A stretch of DNA of 45,245 bases, from NCBI GenBank assembly GCA_031404115.1, contig JANNGX010000129.1:1-45245 (forward strand). Reading direction: 5' to 3'. Source of the DNA: Gemmatimonadales bacterium. GTDB taxonomy: Bacteria > Gemmatimonadota > Gemmatimonadetes > Gemmatimonadales > GWC2-71-9. A program made the position numbers and the translations under genes. Of this stretch, positions 36,011 through 45,245 are shown piece after piece. Numbering within the stretch: the first letter of the stretch is position 1; the number at the start of each line of letters is the position of its first letter. The notes under the pieces were generated by a model. That model searched no databases. It was not told the origin of the DNA and worked only from the letters and a program-made list of their open reading frames with translations.

Positions 36011-37255
36011 TCACCGACCCCCCAAATGCTCGTACGTTGACCTTGCAATCTGTCGCTCTTCGTCTGTCGGGATCACCCACACTTGCACGGAGCCGCCCGC
36101 TTCGCCAATCCGCATTGCCACGCGCCCGTCTGCCGCATCGTTCAGCGCTTCGTCCAGCCGCACTCCGAGAAATCCCAGACCGCGGCAGATTCGGTTCCGC
36201 ATCAACGCTGAGTGCTCACCGATACCACCGGTAAAGGCCAGTCCGTCCAATCCTTCCAACGCCGCGGCAAACGCGCCAATATACTTGCGGGCCCGGTAGG
36301 CGAAGACCTCAAGCGCCAGTTCCGCGCGCTCGTTTCCCATACGCTCCGCCTCTTCCAAAGCCCGCACATCGGCGTCCAGTCCTGACAGGCCGCGCAGGCC
36401 GCTCTCATGATTGAGCAGAGTGTCCACCTCACCTGCCGTCATACCGGCCGTGCGAATGAGGTACAGGATCAATCCGGGATCCACATCACCGGAACGCGTA
36501 CCCATGACCAGGCCTTCCACCGGCGTGAATCCCATGCTGGTGTCGATGCTCTGACCATCACGCACCGCACAGACGCTCGCGCCGCTCCCCAGGTGGCAGG
36601 TAATCACCCGGGTGCCCAGCGCGCGCCGGCCCAGGTGCTCCGTCAGTTGTCCGGACACGTACGCGTGGGAGATGCCGTGAAAGCCGTATCGACGCAAACC
36701 ATAGCGGGCGGAGACCGCGACCGGCAGCGCGTAGGTGTAGGCGACTGCCGGTATTGTCTGGTGGAAGGCCGTGTCGAATACTGCGATCACCGGCACATCC
36801 GGCAGCACTTCCTGCACGCGATCGAGCACGGCCACCGCCGCCGGAATGTGCAGCGGAGCAAAGTCATTCAAGGCACGGAGTTCGTCCAGCACCGCAGCGG
36901 TGACGCGCGTCGGCTTCACCAGGCGTGCGCCACCGTGTACAACGCGACACCCGACGGCGTCTATTCTCGGCATTGAACGCGGTGTCTGGGAGTTCTTGCC
37001 GATACCGGGGACCAGGCGGCGGACGACCTGCTCCACGGCCTGCACCATCGTGGCCGCCTCGACTGGCTCGCTCGCCGCTTCCTGCGCCGCCATGGACATT
37101 CTAAGCTCGGATTGTCGCGCTCCTATCGGCTCGACGATCCCGCTCGCCATGACGACTGCAGAACTCCGCGCAGCGGATGCTTGATGCACGTCGGGCATCC
37201 GGTACACACCGAACTTCAGCGTGGCGCTTCCGGGATTGAACACCAGGACATTCAC
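36011..37255 (-). CDS. ackA: Acetate/propionate kinase
   Basis: NPGSATLKF, RVVHGG, APLH, FDTAFH, RRYGFHG, HLGSGAS, MGTRSGDVDP, FTGGIGE and TDEE. Confidence 0.95.
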   Translation of the reverse strand: MNVLVFNPGSATLKFGVYRMPDVHQASAARSSAVVMASGIVEPIGARQSELRMSMAAQEAASEPVEAATMVQAVEQVVRRLVPGIGKNSQTPRSMPRIDAVGCRVVHGGARLVKPTRVTAAVLDELRALNDFAPLHIPAAVAVLDRVQEVLPDVPVIAVFDTAFHQTIPAVAYTYALPVAVSARYGLRRYGFHGISHAYVSGQLTEHLGRRALGTRVITCHLGSGASVCAVRDGQSIDTSMGFTPVEGLVMGTRSGDVDPGLILYLIRTAGMTAGEVDTLLNHESGLRGLSGLDADVRALEEAERMGNERAELALEVFAYRARKYIGAFAAALEGLDGLAFTGGIGEHSALMRNRICRGLGFLGVRLDEALNDAADGRVAMRIGEAGGSVQVWVIPTDEERQIARSTYEHLGGR

Positions 37256-37330
37256 TCTATTGACGCCCCCTGTGTCGGTTCTTGGGTGTGGTGTCCTGGT
37301 GCTTCGCGCATACTGACGCGCGACGCTTGC

Positions 37331-39730
37331 CTAGTATGGCCATTTCCAGTCGCGCACTCCGGGCATGTCATCGCCATGCTTGCGAATGTACTGCGCGTGC
37401 TCGAGAAGCTTCGCGCGCATCGCCTGCTTGACGGGTGGACCCCTTGATCCCACCGTCGGTACCCGATCCATCACATCCTGGACCAGGTGGAAGCGGTCGA
37501 GATCGTTCAGCACCGTCATGTCGAACGGTGTGGTGGTCGTCCCCTCTTCCTTGTACCCCCGCACGTGAAGGTTCTTGTGGTTCGTCCGGCGGTAGGTGAG
37601 TCGGTGGATCAGCCACGGGTAGCCGTGAAAAGCGAAGATGATCGGCCTGTCGGTGGTAAAGAGCGCATCGAAGTCTGGGTCGGACAATCCGTGCGGATGC
37701 TCGCGCTCGGGCTGCAGCGTCATCAAATCGACGACATTGACCACCCGCACTTTCAAGTCCGGGACATGCTGGCGGAGCAGATCCACGGCGGCGAGCGTTT
37801 CCAGGGTCGGCACGTCTCCGGCGCACGCCATCACGACGTCCGGCTCGCCTCCTCCATCGGAGCTCGCCCACCCCCACCTGCCGATGCCGCTCCTGCAATG
37901 ACTGATCGCCGCATCCATATCGAGATACTGCAACGCCGGCTGCTTGCCCGCGATGATGACATTGACGTAATTGCGGCTCCGCAGGCAATGATCGGTCACC
38001 GACAGCAACGTGTTTGCGTCGGGCGGCAGGTACACCCGGACGACTGTTGCCTTCTTGTTGACGACATGATCGATGAAACCGGGGTCCTGATGACTGAAGC
38101 CATTGTGATCCTGCCGCCACACGTGCGATGTCAGCAGATAGTTGAGCGAAGCGATCGGCCGGCGCCAGGGGATGTGGCCGGTGGTCTTCAACCACTTGGC
38201 GTGCTGGTTGAACATCGAATCGATGATATGGATGAATGCTTCATAGCAGTTGAAGAATCCATGACGGCCCGTCAGCAGATAGCCCTCCAGCCAGCCCTGG
38301 CAGAGGTGCTCGCTCAGCACTTCCATCACTCGGCCATCCGGCGACAGGTGGTCGTCGGTGGGCAGAATGCCTCCTGTAAATACTCTGTTGGTCACTTCAA
38401 AAAGAGCGTTCAGACGGTTAGAAGCGGTTTCGTCCGGCCCCATGACACGGAAGTTCCGGCTGACGCTGTTGCGTGTCATCACGTCGCGCAGAAAGCGTCC
38501 CATCGCGCGGGTGGCTTCCGCTTCGACCGTCCCCGGCTTTGATACGGTCACGGCGTAGTCCCGGAAATCGGGCATCCTCAGGTCTTTGAGCAGCAGCCCC
38601 CCGTTGGCATGAGGGTTGGCTCCCATCCGGCGTTCCCCCTGCGGCGCCAGTGCCGCCAGTTCCGGTATCAGTCGTCCGCTCGTGTCGAAGAGCTCTTCGG
38701 GCCGGTAACTCCGCATCCAGTCTTCCAGCATCTTCAGATGCGCTGGCTTGTTCGCCAGCTCCGCGAGTGGCACCTGGTGTGAGCGGAACGAGTTCTCCGT
38801 CGGTAAACCGTCGACCACCTTTGGCCCGGTCCACCCTTTCGGCGAGCGCAGCACGATCAGCGGCCACGGTGGGCGCTGCGAGAAGCCGTGCTCACGCGCC
38901 TCGCGTTGAATCACCTGAATCTCGGCGAGCACGAGCTCGAGAGTGCGGGCCATCAGTTGATGCATTGCTTCGGGATCGTCGCCCTCGACGAAGTGCGGTT
39001 TGTGGCCATACCCGGTCAGGAGGCTCGCCAGCTCGTCGTGGCGTAGCCGCGCCAGCACGGTCGGTCCGGCGATCTTGTAGCCGTTCAAGTGCAGGATGGG
39101 AAGGACGGCCCCGTCGTGCACCGGGTTCAGATACTTGTTGGAGTGCCAACTGGCCGCCAGCGGGCCGGTTTCCGCCTCCCCGTCGCCGATGACGCACGCC
39201 GCCAGCAGACCGGGGTTGTCGAAGGCCGCTCCGTACGCATGCATCAGGGAGTAGCCCAGTTCACCGCCTTCATTGATTGACCCCGGAGTCTCGGCTGAGG
39301 CGTGACTGGGAATGCCGCCCGGAAATGAGAACTGAGTGAATAGCTTTCTCAGCCCTTCTACGTCTTGTGAAATGCGGGGATACAGCTCGCTGTAGGTTCC
39401 TTCCAGATAGGTGTTGGCAACCATGCCCGGTCCGCCATGGCCCGGGCCACAGACGTACAGCACATTCAGATCATGCTGCTTGATCAGACGATTGAGATGG
39501 ACATAAATAAAGTTCAGCCCGGGCGTTGTTCCCCAGTGGCCGAGCAGTCTTCGCTTGACGTGCTCGATGGTCAGTGGCTCGCGCAACAGGGGGTTGTCGG
39601 AGAGATAAATCTGCCCCACCGAGAGGTAGTTGGCGGCACGCCAGTAGGCGTCTATCCGCCGGACGTCTTCCCCCGTCAGCGTTAGTGGGTTCACGTCTAT
39701 GGTTGCGGTCTGCACGACGCCTCTTTTCAC
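37331..39730 (-). CDS. xfp: Xylulose-5-P/fructose-6-P phosphoketolase
   Basis: [32 protein letters not shown] and [13 protein letters not shown]; GTG 39715 after AAGAGG is an alternative start. Confidence 0.96.
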   Translation of the reverse strand: MKRGVVQTATIDVNPLTLTGEDVRRIDAYWRAANYLSVGQIYLSDNPLLREPLTIEHVKRRLLGHWGTTPGLNFIYVHLNRLIKQHDLNVLYVCGPGHGGPGMVANTYLEGTYSELYPRISQDVEGLRKLFTQFSFPGGIPSHASAETPGSINEGGELGYSLMHAYGAAFDNPGLLAACVIGDGEAETGPLAASWHSNKYLNPVHDGAVLPILHLNGYKIAGPTVLARLRHDELASLLTGYGHKPHFVEGDDPEAMHQLMARTLELVLAEIQVIQREAREHGFSQRPPWPLIVLRSPKGWTGPKVVDGLPTENSFRSHQVPLAELANKPAHLKMLEDWMRSYRPEELFDTSGRLIPELAALAPQGERRMGANPHANGGLLLKDLRMPDFRDYAVTVSKPGTVEAEATRAMGRFLRDVMTRNSVSRNFRVMGPDETASNRLNALFEVTNRVFTGGILPTDDHLSPDGRVMEVLSEHLCQGWLEGYLLTGRHGFFNCYEAFIHIIDSMFNQHAKWLKTTGHIPWRRPIASLNYLLTSHVWRQDHNGFSHQDPGFIDHVVNKKATVVRVYLPPDANTLLSVTDHCLRSRNYVNVIIAGKQPALQYLDMDAAISHCRSGIGRWGWASSDGGGEPDVVMACAGDVPTLETLAAVDLLRQHVPDLKVRVVNVVDLMTLQPEREHPHGLSDPDFDALFTTDRPIIFAFHGYPWLIHRLTYRRTNHKNLHVRGYKEEGTTTTPFDMTVLNDLDRFHLVQDVMDRVPTVGSRGPPVKQAMRAKLLEHAQYIRKHGDDMPGVRDWKWPY

Positions 39731-39742
39731 CTCGCCGAGCGG

Positions 39743-41041
39743 TTATAGCCAACCTCCGCCAAAGCCCGCCCGACGCAAGCCGCTGGCGATGTATCCGCAG
39801 TTCCGCATCAAGTGCCACAACAAGCCGGTCCGGTAGTTCTCGATCATCAGCACAGTCGGACCTTCATTGAGCCCGAAATGCCACGGGGATACCCATCCGT
39901 GGGAATTGCCAACCGCAGCCGGATAGGACGGATTAAAGGACGCTTTGAAGCCGTACCGGTTGGACGCTGTCAGCTTGACGTCATGAATACAGTACTCCAG
40001 CGCCGGCAGGGCAATCTCGGGGGCGAATGGTAGCGATGCCGCCGCCGCCCACGGCGAGATCGTGCCATCGTCGGGGCCGTATGGCACACCCCGTCCCACG
40101 TAATCGAAGAAGGTGCGCTCGATGCCCGCTACGGTCACGGAGTCCGGCCCGGGACCGTCGCTGGCGGTCAGCCCCCAGCAGTGCTCGTTATAGTGTGCGA
40201 ACTTGAGCGGATTGTCGATCGCGTACTGGCGCTGCACATAGGTCGCGCGCCGGCTGTTCTCGAAATAGTCGATGCCCTTGGCACGCATGAAGGCGTCCTG
40301 GATGCCGCGAAAGTCGACCCAGAGATGGGAGAGCTGGTGCGTGAATAGTGGCCCGGCATAGAGATAGTCATAGCCGTAGCAGTGCTCCCATCGATAGGTG
40401 GAAGCCCACGCCGCGTAGGCATTCTCACGCAGCGGATGCGTTGGCGACCCCAGCCCCAGGATATACAGCAGCAGCGCCTCGTCATAGCCCTCCCACCGAT
40501 AGTGGAGAAAGCCGCTTTCCGGCTTCCAGCCGTGCGTCACGGTCGCACCCTGGTTCTGTGCCCAGGGCCAATCAGCGCGGCAATAGAGCGCATCGGCAAG
40601 GGTGCGGATCTCAGCTTCCCCTACGGTATCGGCATCAAAGTAGATGCCTGCCGTCAACGCACCCGCCAGCAGAAAAGCGCTGTCTATCGTTGACAGCTCG
40701 CACTGCCACGCGCGCCGGCCGGTGTGCATGTCGAGGAAGTGATAGTAAAAGCCCTTGTAGCCGGTCGCGTCAGGCTCGGGGCCTTGCGGGCTGTTCCACA
40801 AAAACCGCAGAGTCGCAAGGGTTCGCTCGACCGCCACCCCCCGTGACATGAATCCGCGCTCGACGCTCACCGGGTACACCGCTAACGCAAGGCCGGTGGC
40901 GGCAATACTGGCAGGCCACTCTGCTGCGGTCTTGTCGATGACCAGCCCGTTGACGGGATTCGTCTCGTGCAGAAAATAGCCGGCCGAATCCCGCTGCAGC
41001 TTGTCCAGTTCGGCATCGACGCTTAGACGTTGCCCCGTCAT
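39743..41041 (-). CDS. Putative glucoamylase-family (GH144-like) glycoside hydrolase, no signal peptide
   Basis: SIAATG, GFYYHFLD, ELSTIDSA, WKPE, GYDEA, GPLFTHQ.SH.W.DFR, YFENSRRAT, WGLTASDGP and IENYRTG. Confidence 0.8.
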   Translation of the reverse strand: MTGQRLSVDAELDKLQRDSAGYFLHETNPVNGLVIDKTAAEWPASIAATGLALAVYPVSVERGFMSRGVAVERTLATLRFLWNSPQGPEPDATGYKGFYYHFLDMHTGRRAWQCELSTIDSAFLLAGALTAGIYFDADTVGEAEIRTLADALYCRADWPWAQNQGATVTHGWKPESGFLHYRWEGYDEALLLYILGLGSPTHPLRENAYAAWASTYRWEHCYGYDYLYAGPLFTHQLSHLWVDFRGIQDAFMRAKGIDYFENSRRATYVQRQYAIDNPLKFAHYNEHCWGLTASDGPGPDSVTVAGIERTFFDYVGRGVPYGPDDGTISPWAAAASLPFAPEIALPALEYCIHDVKLTASNRYGFKASFNPSYPAAVGNSHGWVSPWHFGLNEGPTVLMIENYRTGLLWHLMRNCGYIASGLRRAGFGGGWL

Positions 41042-41086
41042 TGTGGCGCTCCCCTTCGTCCCGTGCGCTACGACCGTTTTATATCA

Positions 41087-41233
41087 TCAATGCGACGCGG
41101 GACTCATGATCTCACCGACGGCTACATCCGATGCGCGCGGGTCATCAGTCGCCACGCCGCAACAGATGTCACGCTCGGTGACGGTGCCGACCAGCTTGAG
41201 ATCCCGTCGATCTGGTACTGTTGCCGCTTCCAT
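41087..41233 (-). pseudogene. CBS-domain gene remnant (48 aa)
   Basis: Translates as MEAATVPDRRDLKLVGTVTERDICCGVATDDPRASDVAVGEIMSPASH*; LVG.VTERDI and V.EIMS are CBS hallmarks; far too short for a CBS pair. Confidence 0.6.
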
Positions 41234-41269
41234 CGCTCGTCTCACCGGGTAGCCTGGGACGTTGGAGGG

Positions 41270-42302
41270 TCAGACAAACCGCTGTCTGATGCCGAGAGTG
41301 TGGTTGGTGCGTTCCATAGACGCCTGCGCACTCGGTTCGCGGCCCGCAAGCGCGCGAATCGCATCAATGGTTTCCGGGACCACAATAGCCTGATTGTCCA
41401 CTTGATAGGCGTAGTACGCCTCTCGCCCTTCAACGGCCAGGATGTCCTCCCAGAGGGCCACTTCCCACATGGCACCGCGCGGACGACCCAGTTCCAGCAT
41501 CAGGTCTGCGGTGACGTTGAGCGCCGTAACGCCTTCGCTGGCGCGGATGAAGGCAATGCGCCCGTTACGACTGAAGGCGGATAACACCTCATCGCGCGAC
41601 GCATCACGGGAGAGCTCCACGATCCAGCAGTGGAGATGGCCGATATTCTCAGGGGCCATCACGGCCATCGTCACGACATCGAGGTCGGGCGCCACCGTCT
41701 TGGCGTCCGGTCCCTGGTGACTCGGAATCCTGCTCTCCGGTACCATCGTGTTGATGATGCCGCTCAGATTGACTTTCCCACGGGTCGGTGGCGCGCCGGA
41801 TCAGCACGCCGCGCGCCTTGCGAAGCAGCCCCGCATCACGCAACGCAGCGAGCGTGCGTACGGTTGCGGTCGTGTTGCAGGAGACAACACGCGTCGCGTT
41901 GCGCCCGACGGCGGAGTCATAGTTGGCCGAGGCGACGAAGCTGTGTCCGGTCAACTCGTGCTTTGCCCCGCCCTGGAAGATGAATTTCACCTTCGCGTCC
42001 TCGTAGCGCGGTTTGTTCTTGGCATCGATGCCTTTGGGCGTGCAGTCCACGACGACGTCCGCCTCCTTGAGCAGATCGTTCAGCGTGCCACGCACCTCAA
42101 TGCCCGCGTCGACCATTTCACCCTGTTTCTCGGCGAGAGCGGAGTAGATGGCAAGCCCGCGCGACTGCGCCCCGCGCATGCGATAGTCGGCCGCAATATC
42201 GGCAATGCCGACCAGCTCCATGTCTTCCTGGAGCAACACCGCATCTACCACGCGACGCCCGATCACTCCGAACCCGGACACGGCTACCCGTATTCTGGTC
42301 AT
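41270..42302 (-). pseudogene. Type II (archaeal-type) glyceraldehyde-3-phosphate dehydrogenase, one frameshift at about 41770 (real or sequencing error)
   Basis: GFGVIGRRV, DCTP, FQGG, VVSCNTT and RRATDP lie in one frame; PSHQGPD and QAIVVPETIDAIRA lie in the next. Deleting one base in CAAT restores ESHLSGIINTMVPE. Confidence 0.85.
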
Positions 42303-43015
42303 TGCGTCGCCTCAGCCCCTGCGCGTGTTGCCCTCTTGCTCCAGGTGAAGTGCTCGTACACGCCGGTCCAGTACAGACCAAAGCTGAAGCCGAAGAGCAG
42401 CTCTTCGAGCGGAACGCCGTAGACCAGTCCTCCCTGTAACGCCGCCAGATTCCACACCTGCTCGATGTAGCCGGGCGTCAACCACTTGAGCCCGAGCATG
42501 AACACCGCGTACAGGCCCAGGAACATCAGCCCGCCAAGCAGAGTTTTGCGCGTGAGATCGGGGCGGCACAGAACGGAGGCGATGGCGCCCAGCGCCAGGG
42601 TGATGATCGATGGGTAAATGGGATTCCACGGTAGAAAATAGAGCGCCACGAACAGGACATAGGGCACGAACAGGGCCGCCAGATGGATCCGATGGAGCGG
42701 CAGACGCTTTTCCTCGGGGCCGACCGGGACGCGATACTCCCTGGTAAATGTGTTGTACAGGACAGTGCCGATGCCGCCGATGCCGAAGGCGAAGATCAGG
42801 CTCTCGATATCGAACCCCGTGCGCCGCGCGAGCTCGAAGAGGCTGGGAGGATTCCAGTAGACCGGAACGAAGATGGGCTCGGTCAGGCCAAGCAGCGCCG
42901 TTGCGAGGCTGGCGCGCCACATCACCCTGCGTTCCCCCGGGTTCAGCACGTACAGCCCAATCCAGAGCAGAATGAAAGCGCTCGCCCAGGCCAGCCAGAC
43001 GTAGTGATACTTCAT
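42299..43015 (-). CDS. Lycopene-cyclase-domain-like integral membrane protein
   Basis: About 7 TM helices; two repeats ending FDIESLIFAF and VPLEELLFGF (CrtYc/d-like P.EE..F), each preceded by a WN motif; stop overlaps the GAPDH ATG. Confidence 0.75.
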   Translation of the reverse strand: MKYHYVWLAWASAFILLWIGLYVLNPGERRVMWRASLATALLGLTEPIFVPVYWNPPSLFELARRTGFDIESLIFAFGIGGIGTVLYNTFTREYRVPVGPEEKRLPLHRIHLAALFVPYVLFVALYFLPWNPIYPSIITLALGAIASVLCRPDLTRKTLLGGLMFLGLYAVFMLGLKWLTPGYIEQVWNLAALQGGLVYGVPLEELLFGFSFGLYWTGVYEHFTWSKRATRAGAEATQ

Positions 43016-43037
43016 GCGCGGAACCCACCGCTGGAGG

Positions 43038-43151
43038 CTATTTCTTCTGCACCATCTTGAGAATGGCAACAACCAGGAGAATGGCCAGCAGCACGCCGAG
43101 AACCGTCCAGAGCCCGTACCCACCCATGAAACCGTGCGTGGTGTTTTGCAT
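43038..43151 (-). CDS. 37-aa single-TM microprotein MQNTTHGFMGGYGLWTVLGVLLAILLVVAILKMVQKK
   Basis: GGAGG RBS 5 nt before ATG 43151; clean TM helix with a basic C-tail; not in the ORF track. Confidence 0.7.
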   Translation of the reverse strand: MQNTTHGFMGGYGLWTVLGVLLAILLVVAILKMVQKK

Positions 43152-43263
43152 CACCGCCTCCGAAAGTGTTTCGGGTATGGAATCGGCGCGCTACCTGTGG
43201 TTGCTGGGTGCCCGTGTGAGACACCGGTCAGGCCCGGCAGGTAGCGCCCCGTGACGAATCTCC

Positions 43264-43824
43264 TCACATCTGATGGGGCTTGGCCTTGGCGGGCATCCCC
43301 GACATGCCGGCACAATGCTTCAGGATCTCGCTCGTATGCGCCGAGACGCTCTTGGGGTCCGGCGTACCGGCATTCACTTCGGCTTCCAGCGCCGTGAGAT
43401 GCTCGCCGAGCCCCGTGACGTGGGTCTCCATGTGCTGCATGGCTCCCGACATCTCCGGCTTCGGGGCGTTGCCCATCATCGCCATCTGCGCCTGATGGTG
43501 CTGCTGCATCTGGTCGAAACTGCGCCGCATCTCGGCCACCGCCGGCCGGGCCAGCTCGAGGTCTACGGTCGTCGCGTGGGTGACTTGGCCTTCCAACGCC
43601 CGAGCAAACGCCGCGAGGTTGTCCCGGTACGCCATCGCAAGCACATGATGGGGTCCTTTCATCATGCCGCTCATGACCGGCATGACTTTCATATGTTCAT
43701 GCGGGGCCATCTTGCCGGGCGCCGGCATGGGGGTCTGCGCCATGCCGGGTGCCACGGCGCCTGCCATTAGAAACGCCAGGAACGTGGTCGCAATCGGGAC
43801 CATCGAACGATTCGGAGTTTTCAT
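43264..43824 (-). CDS. Met/His-rich exported helical protein, candidate Cu/Ag binder
   Basis: GAGG RBS before ATG 43824; signal peptide; about 23 Met and 13 His in 186 aa by my count; downstream of cusA. Confidence 0.75.
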   Translation of the reverse strand: MKTPNRSMVPIATTFLAFLMAGAVAPGMAQTPMPAPGKMAPHEHMKVMPVMSGMMKGPHHVLAMAYRDNLAAFARALEGQVTHATTVDLELARPAVAEMRRSFDQMQQHHQAQMAMMGNAPKPEMSGAMQHMETHVTGLGEHLTALEAEVNAGTPDPKSVSAHTSEILKHCAGMSGMPAKAKPHQM

Positions 43825-43991
43825 GCTGCCTCTTGATCCTTTGGTGGTGCCGGGCCGCTCCGGTGATGCGGGCGTCGCGGCGAGCGGAATGCTGAACGGG
43901 CAATCGATCGGCAGTCGCCGATATCGATTAGAGAAAATTAACCACAAGCGAGACCCTGCACAGATTAAACCTTCTTAATGGTACACAGCTG

Positions 43992-45245
43992 CTACGCCTT
44001 CGTGACCACTCCGACCCCCATCGGAGCGGCCTGCCTCCCTCCGGCCAACACCTCGCGCCCCTTCCAGAGCGAGTAGATCGCGGGGATGACCACCAGGGTG
44101 AGCACCGTGCTGCTGATCATCCCGCCAACCATTGGCGCCGCAATGCGCTTCATGACGCTCGCGCCTGCACCCGATCCCCACAGGATGGGCAGCAGGCCGG
44201 CCATGATCGCCGTCACCGTCATCATTTTCGGGCGTACGCGCTCCACCGCACCTTCCATGACCGCCTCGTAAAGATCACGCAGGGTCGGCCGGCCGCCGGA
44301 GGCACGCCGTGCCGCCCAGGCATGATCGAGGTAGATCAGCATGATCACGCCGGTTTCGGCCGCGACCCCGGAGAGGGCAATGAAGCCGATTGCAACTGCC
44401 ACCGACCAGTTATAGCCCAGCAGCCAGATAAGCCAGATGCCGCCAACCAGGGAGAAGGGGAGCGAGAGCATCACGATGAGCGTCTCCCCGACGCTCTTGA
44501 AGTTGAAATAGAGCAGCAGGAAGATGATGGCGAGCGTGGCCGGGATGACCAGCTTCATCCGCTCCTTGGCCCGCTGCATGTATTCGTACTGACCGCTCCA
44601 CACCATCGTGTAGCCGGGGGGCATGGTCACCGCGCTTTCGACCTGCTGCTTGGCGTCGGCGACATAGCCGCCGATGTCCCGTCCCACGACGTCCACATAC
44701 ACCCACGCGGTGGGCTGGGCCCCCTCGGTGCGCACGACCATCGGGCCCGCCACCTGCCGGATGGTGGCGATCTGCCCCAGCGGGACAAACGCCTCCCCGG
44801 CACCGGCAAATCCCGGCGCACCCATCGGGGTCCCCGCCATTCCTCCTGCGGAGGGACTGGGCTGCCCGAGACCGTGAAAGGTCGGGATCAGGACCGAGGC
44901 GAGCCGCTCCGGATTGTCGCGCAGCTCCAGCGGATAGCGGATGCGCACGCCGTACCGTTCCCGGCCCTCCACGGTCTGCGTGATCACCATGCCCCCCACG
45001 GCGGTCGCGATCACGGTCTGCACGTCGCCCACGTTCAGGCCGTGGCGCGCCGCCGCCGCACGGTCGATGTCAATGTCCAGGTAATACCCCGACACCGCCC
45101 GCTCCGCGAATGCGCTCCGGGTACCGCGGACCATCTGGACCGCGCGTTCGACTTCCTTGCCCAGCCGCTCGAGCTCGGCGAGATCGGGTCCGAAGATCTT
45201 GATTCCGACCGGCGTACGGATACCGGTGGCGAGCATGTCGATCCG
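43992..45245 (-). CDS. cusA: CusA/SilA-type Cu(I)/Ag(I) RND transporter, C-terminal part
   Basis: RIDMLATGIRTPVGIK, WSGQYEYM, GVAAETGVIM, RVRPKMMT and MKRIAAPMVGG; frame is open to the window edge. Confidence 0.9.
   Translation of the reverse strand, partial: RIDMLATGIRTPVGIKIFGPDLAELERLGKEVERAVQMVRGTRSAFAERAVSGYYLDIDIDRAAAARHGLNVGDVQTVIATAVGGMVITQTVEGRERYGVRIRYPLELRDNPERLASVLIPTFHGLGQPSPSAGGMAGTPMGAPGFAGAGEAFVPLGQIATIRQVAGPMVVRTEGAQPTAWVYVDVVGRDIGGYVADAKQQVESAVTMPPGYTMVWSGQYEYMQRAKERMKLVIPATLAIIFLLLYFNFKSVGETLIVMLSLPFSLVGGIWLIWLLGYNWSVAVAIGFIALSGVAAETGVIMLIYLDHAWAARRASGGRPTLRDLYEAVMEGAVERVRPKMMTVTAIMAGLLPILWGSGAGASVMKRIAAPMVGGMISSTVLTLVVIPAIYSLWKGREVLAGGRQAAPMGVGVVTKA

Noticed and set aside
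41760-41780. Programmed frameshifting in GAPDH
   Set aside because: No slippery sequence or stimulatory structure; a single extra base explains it.
42299-43015. Carotenoid biosynthesis assignment
   Set aside because: Only a short motif resemblance; no crtB or crtI in the window, and the context is copper efflux.

Overview
High-GC bacterial window; the gene content and order suggest Gemmatimonadota, which is an inference. Positions 1-3.5 kb hold three envelope genes: a partial Ig/ZU5-like protein, a DUF1207-like barrel and a copper-monooxygenase-like protein. Positions 3.6-21.7 kb are one tightly coupled minus-strand run: scpA-scpB-rluB, moxR/DUF58/bat genes, mutL-miaA-bshA-uppP-birA-ubiA, a 25-aa sORF, small membrane proteins and a beta-barrel/NlpC-P60 fusion. 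Next come rpsT, a frameshifted zinc-finger protein and pyrR-pyrB-pyrC. At about 26.8 kb an ABC solute-binding gene breaks off and an accessory metal/metabolic block runs to the window end. In transcription order it holds cusA (partial), a Met/His-rich periplasmic protein, a 37-aa membrane microprotein, a lycopene-cyclase-like membrane protein coupled to an archaeal-type GAPDH, a CBS remnant, a glucoamylase/GH144-like gene, xfp and ackA. It ends with a His-rich RAPP-motif leader gene, czcCBA, a PII-like gene and a cysteine-free P1B ATPase with a non-canonical SPAE motif. The best candidates for an undescribed system are the RAPP-leader/czcCBA/PII/Cys-free ATPase unit and the cusA-linked type II GAPDH module. 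I found no tRNA, rRNA, CRISPR array, transposase or integrase by eye.
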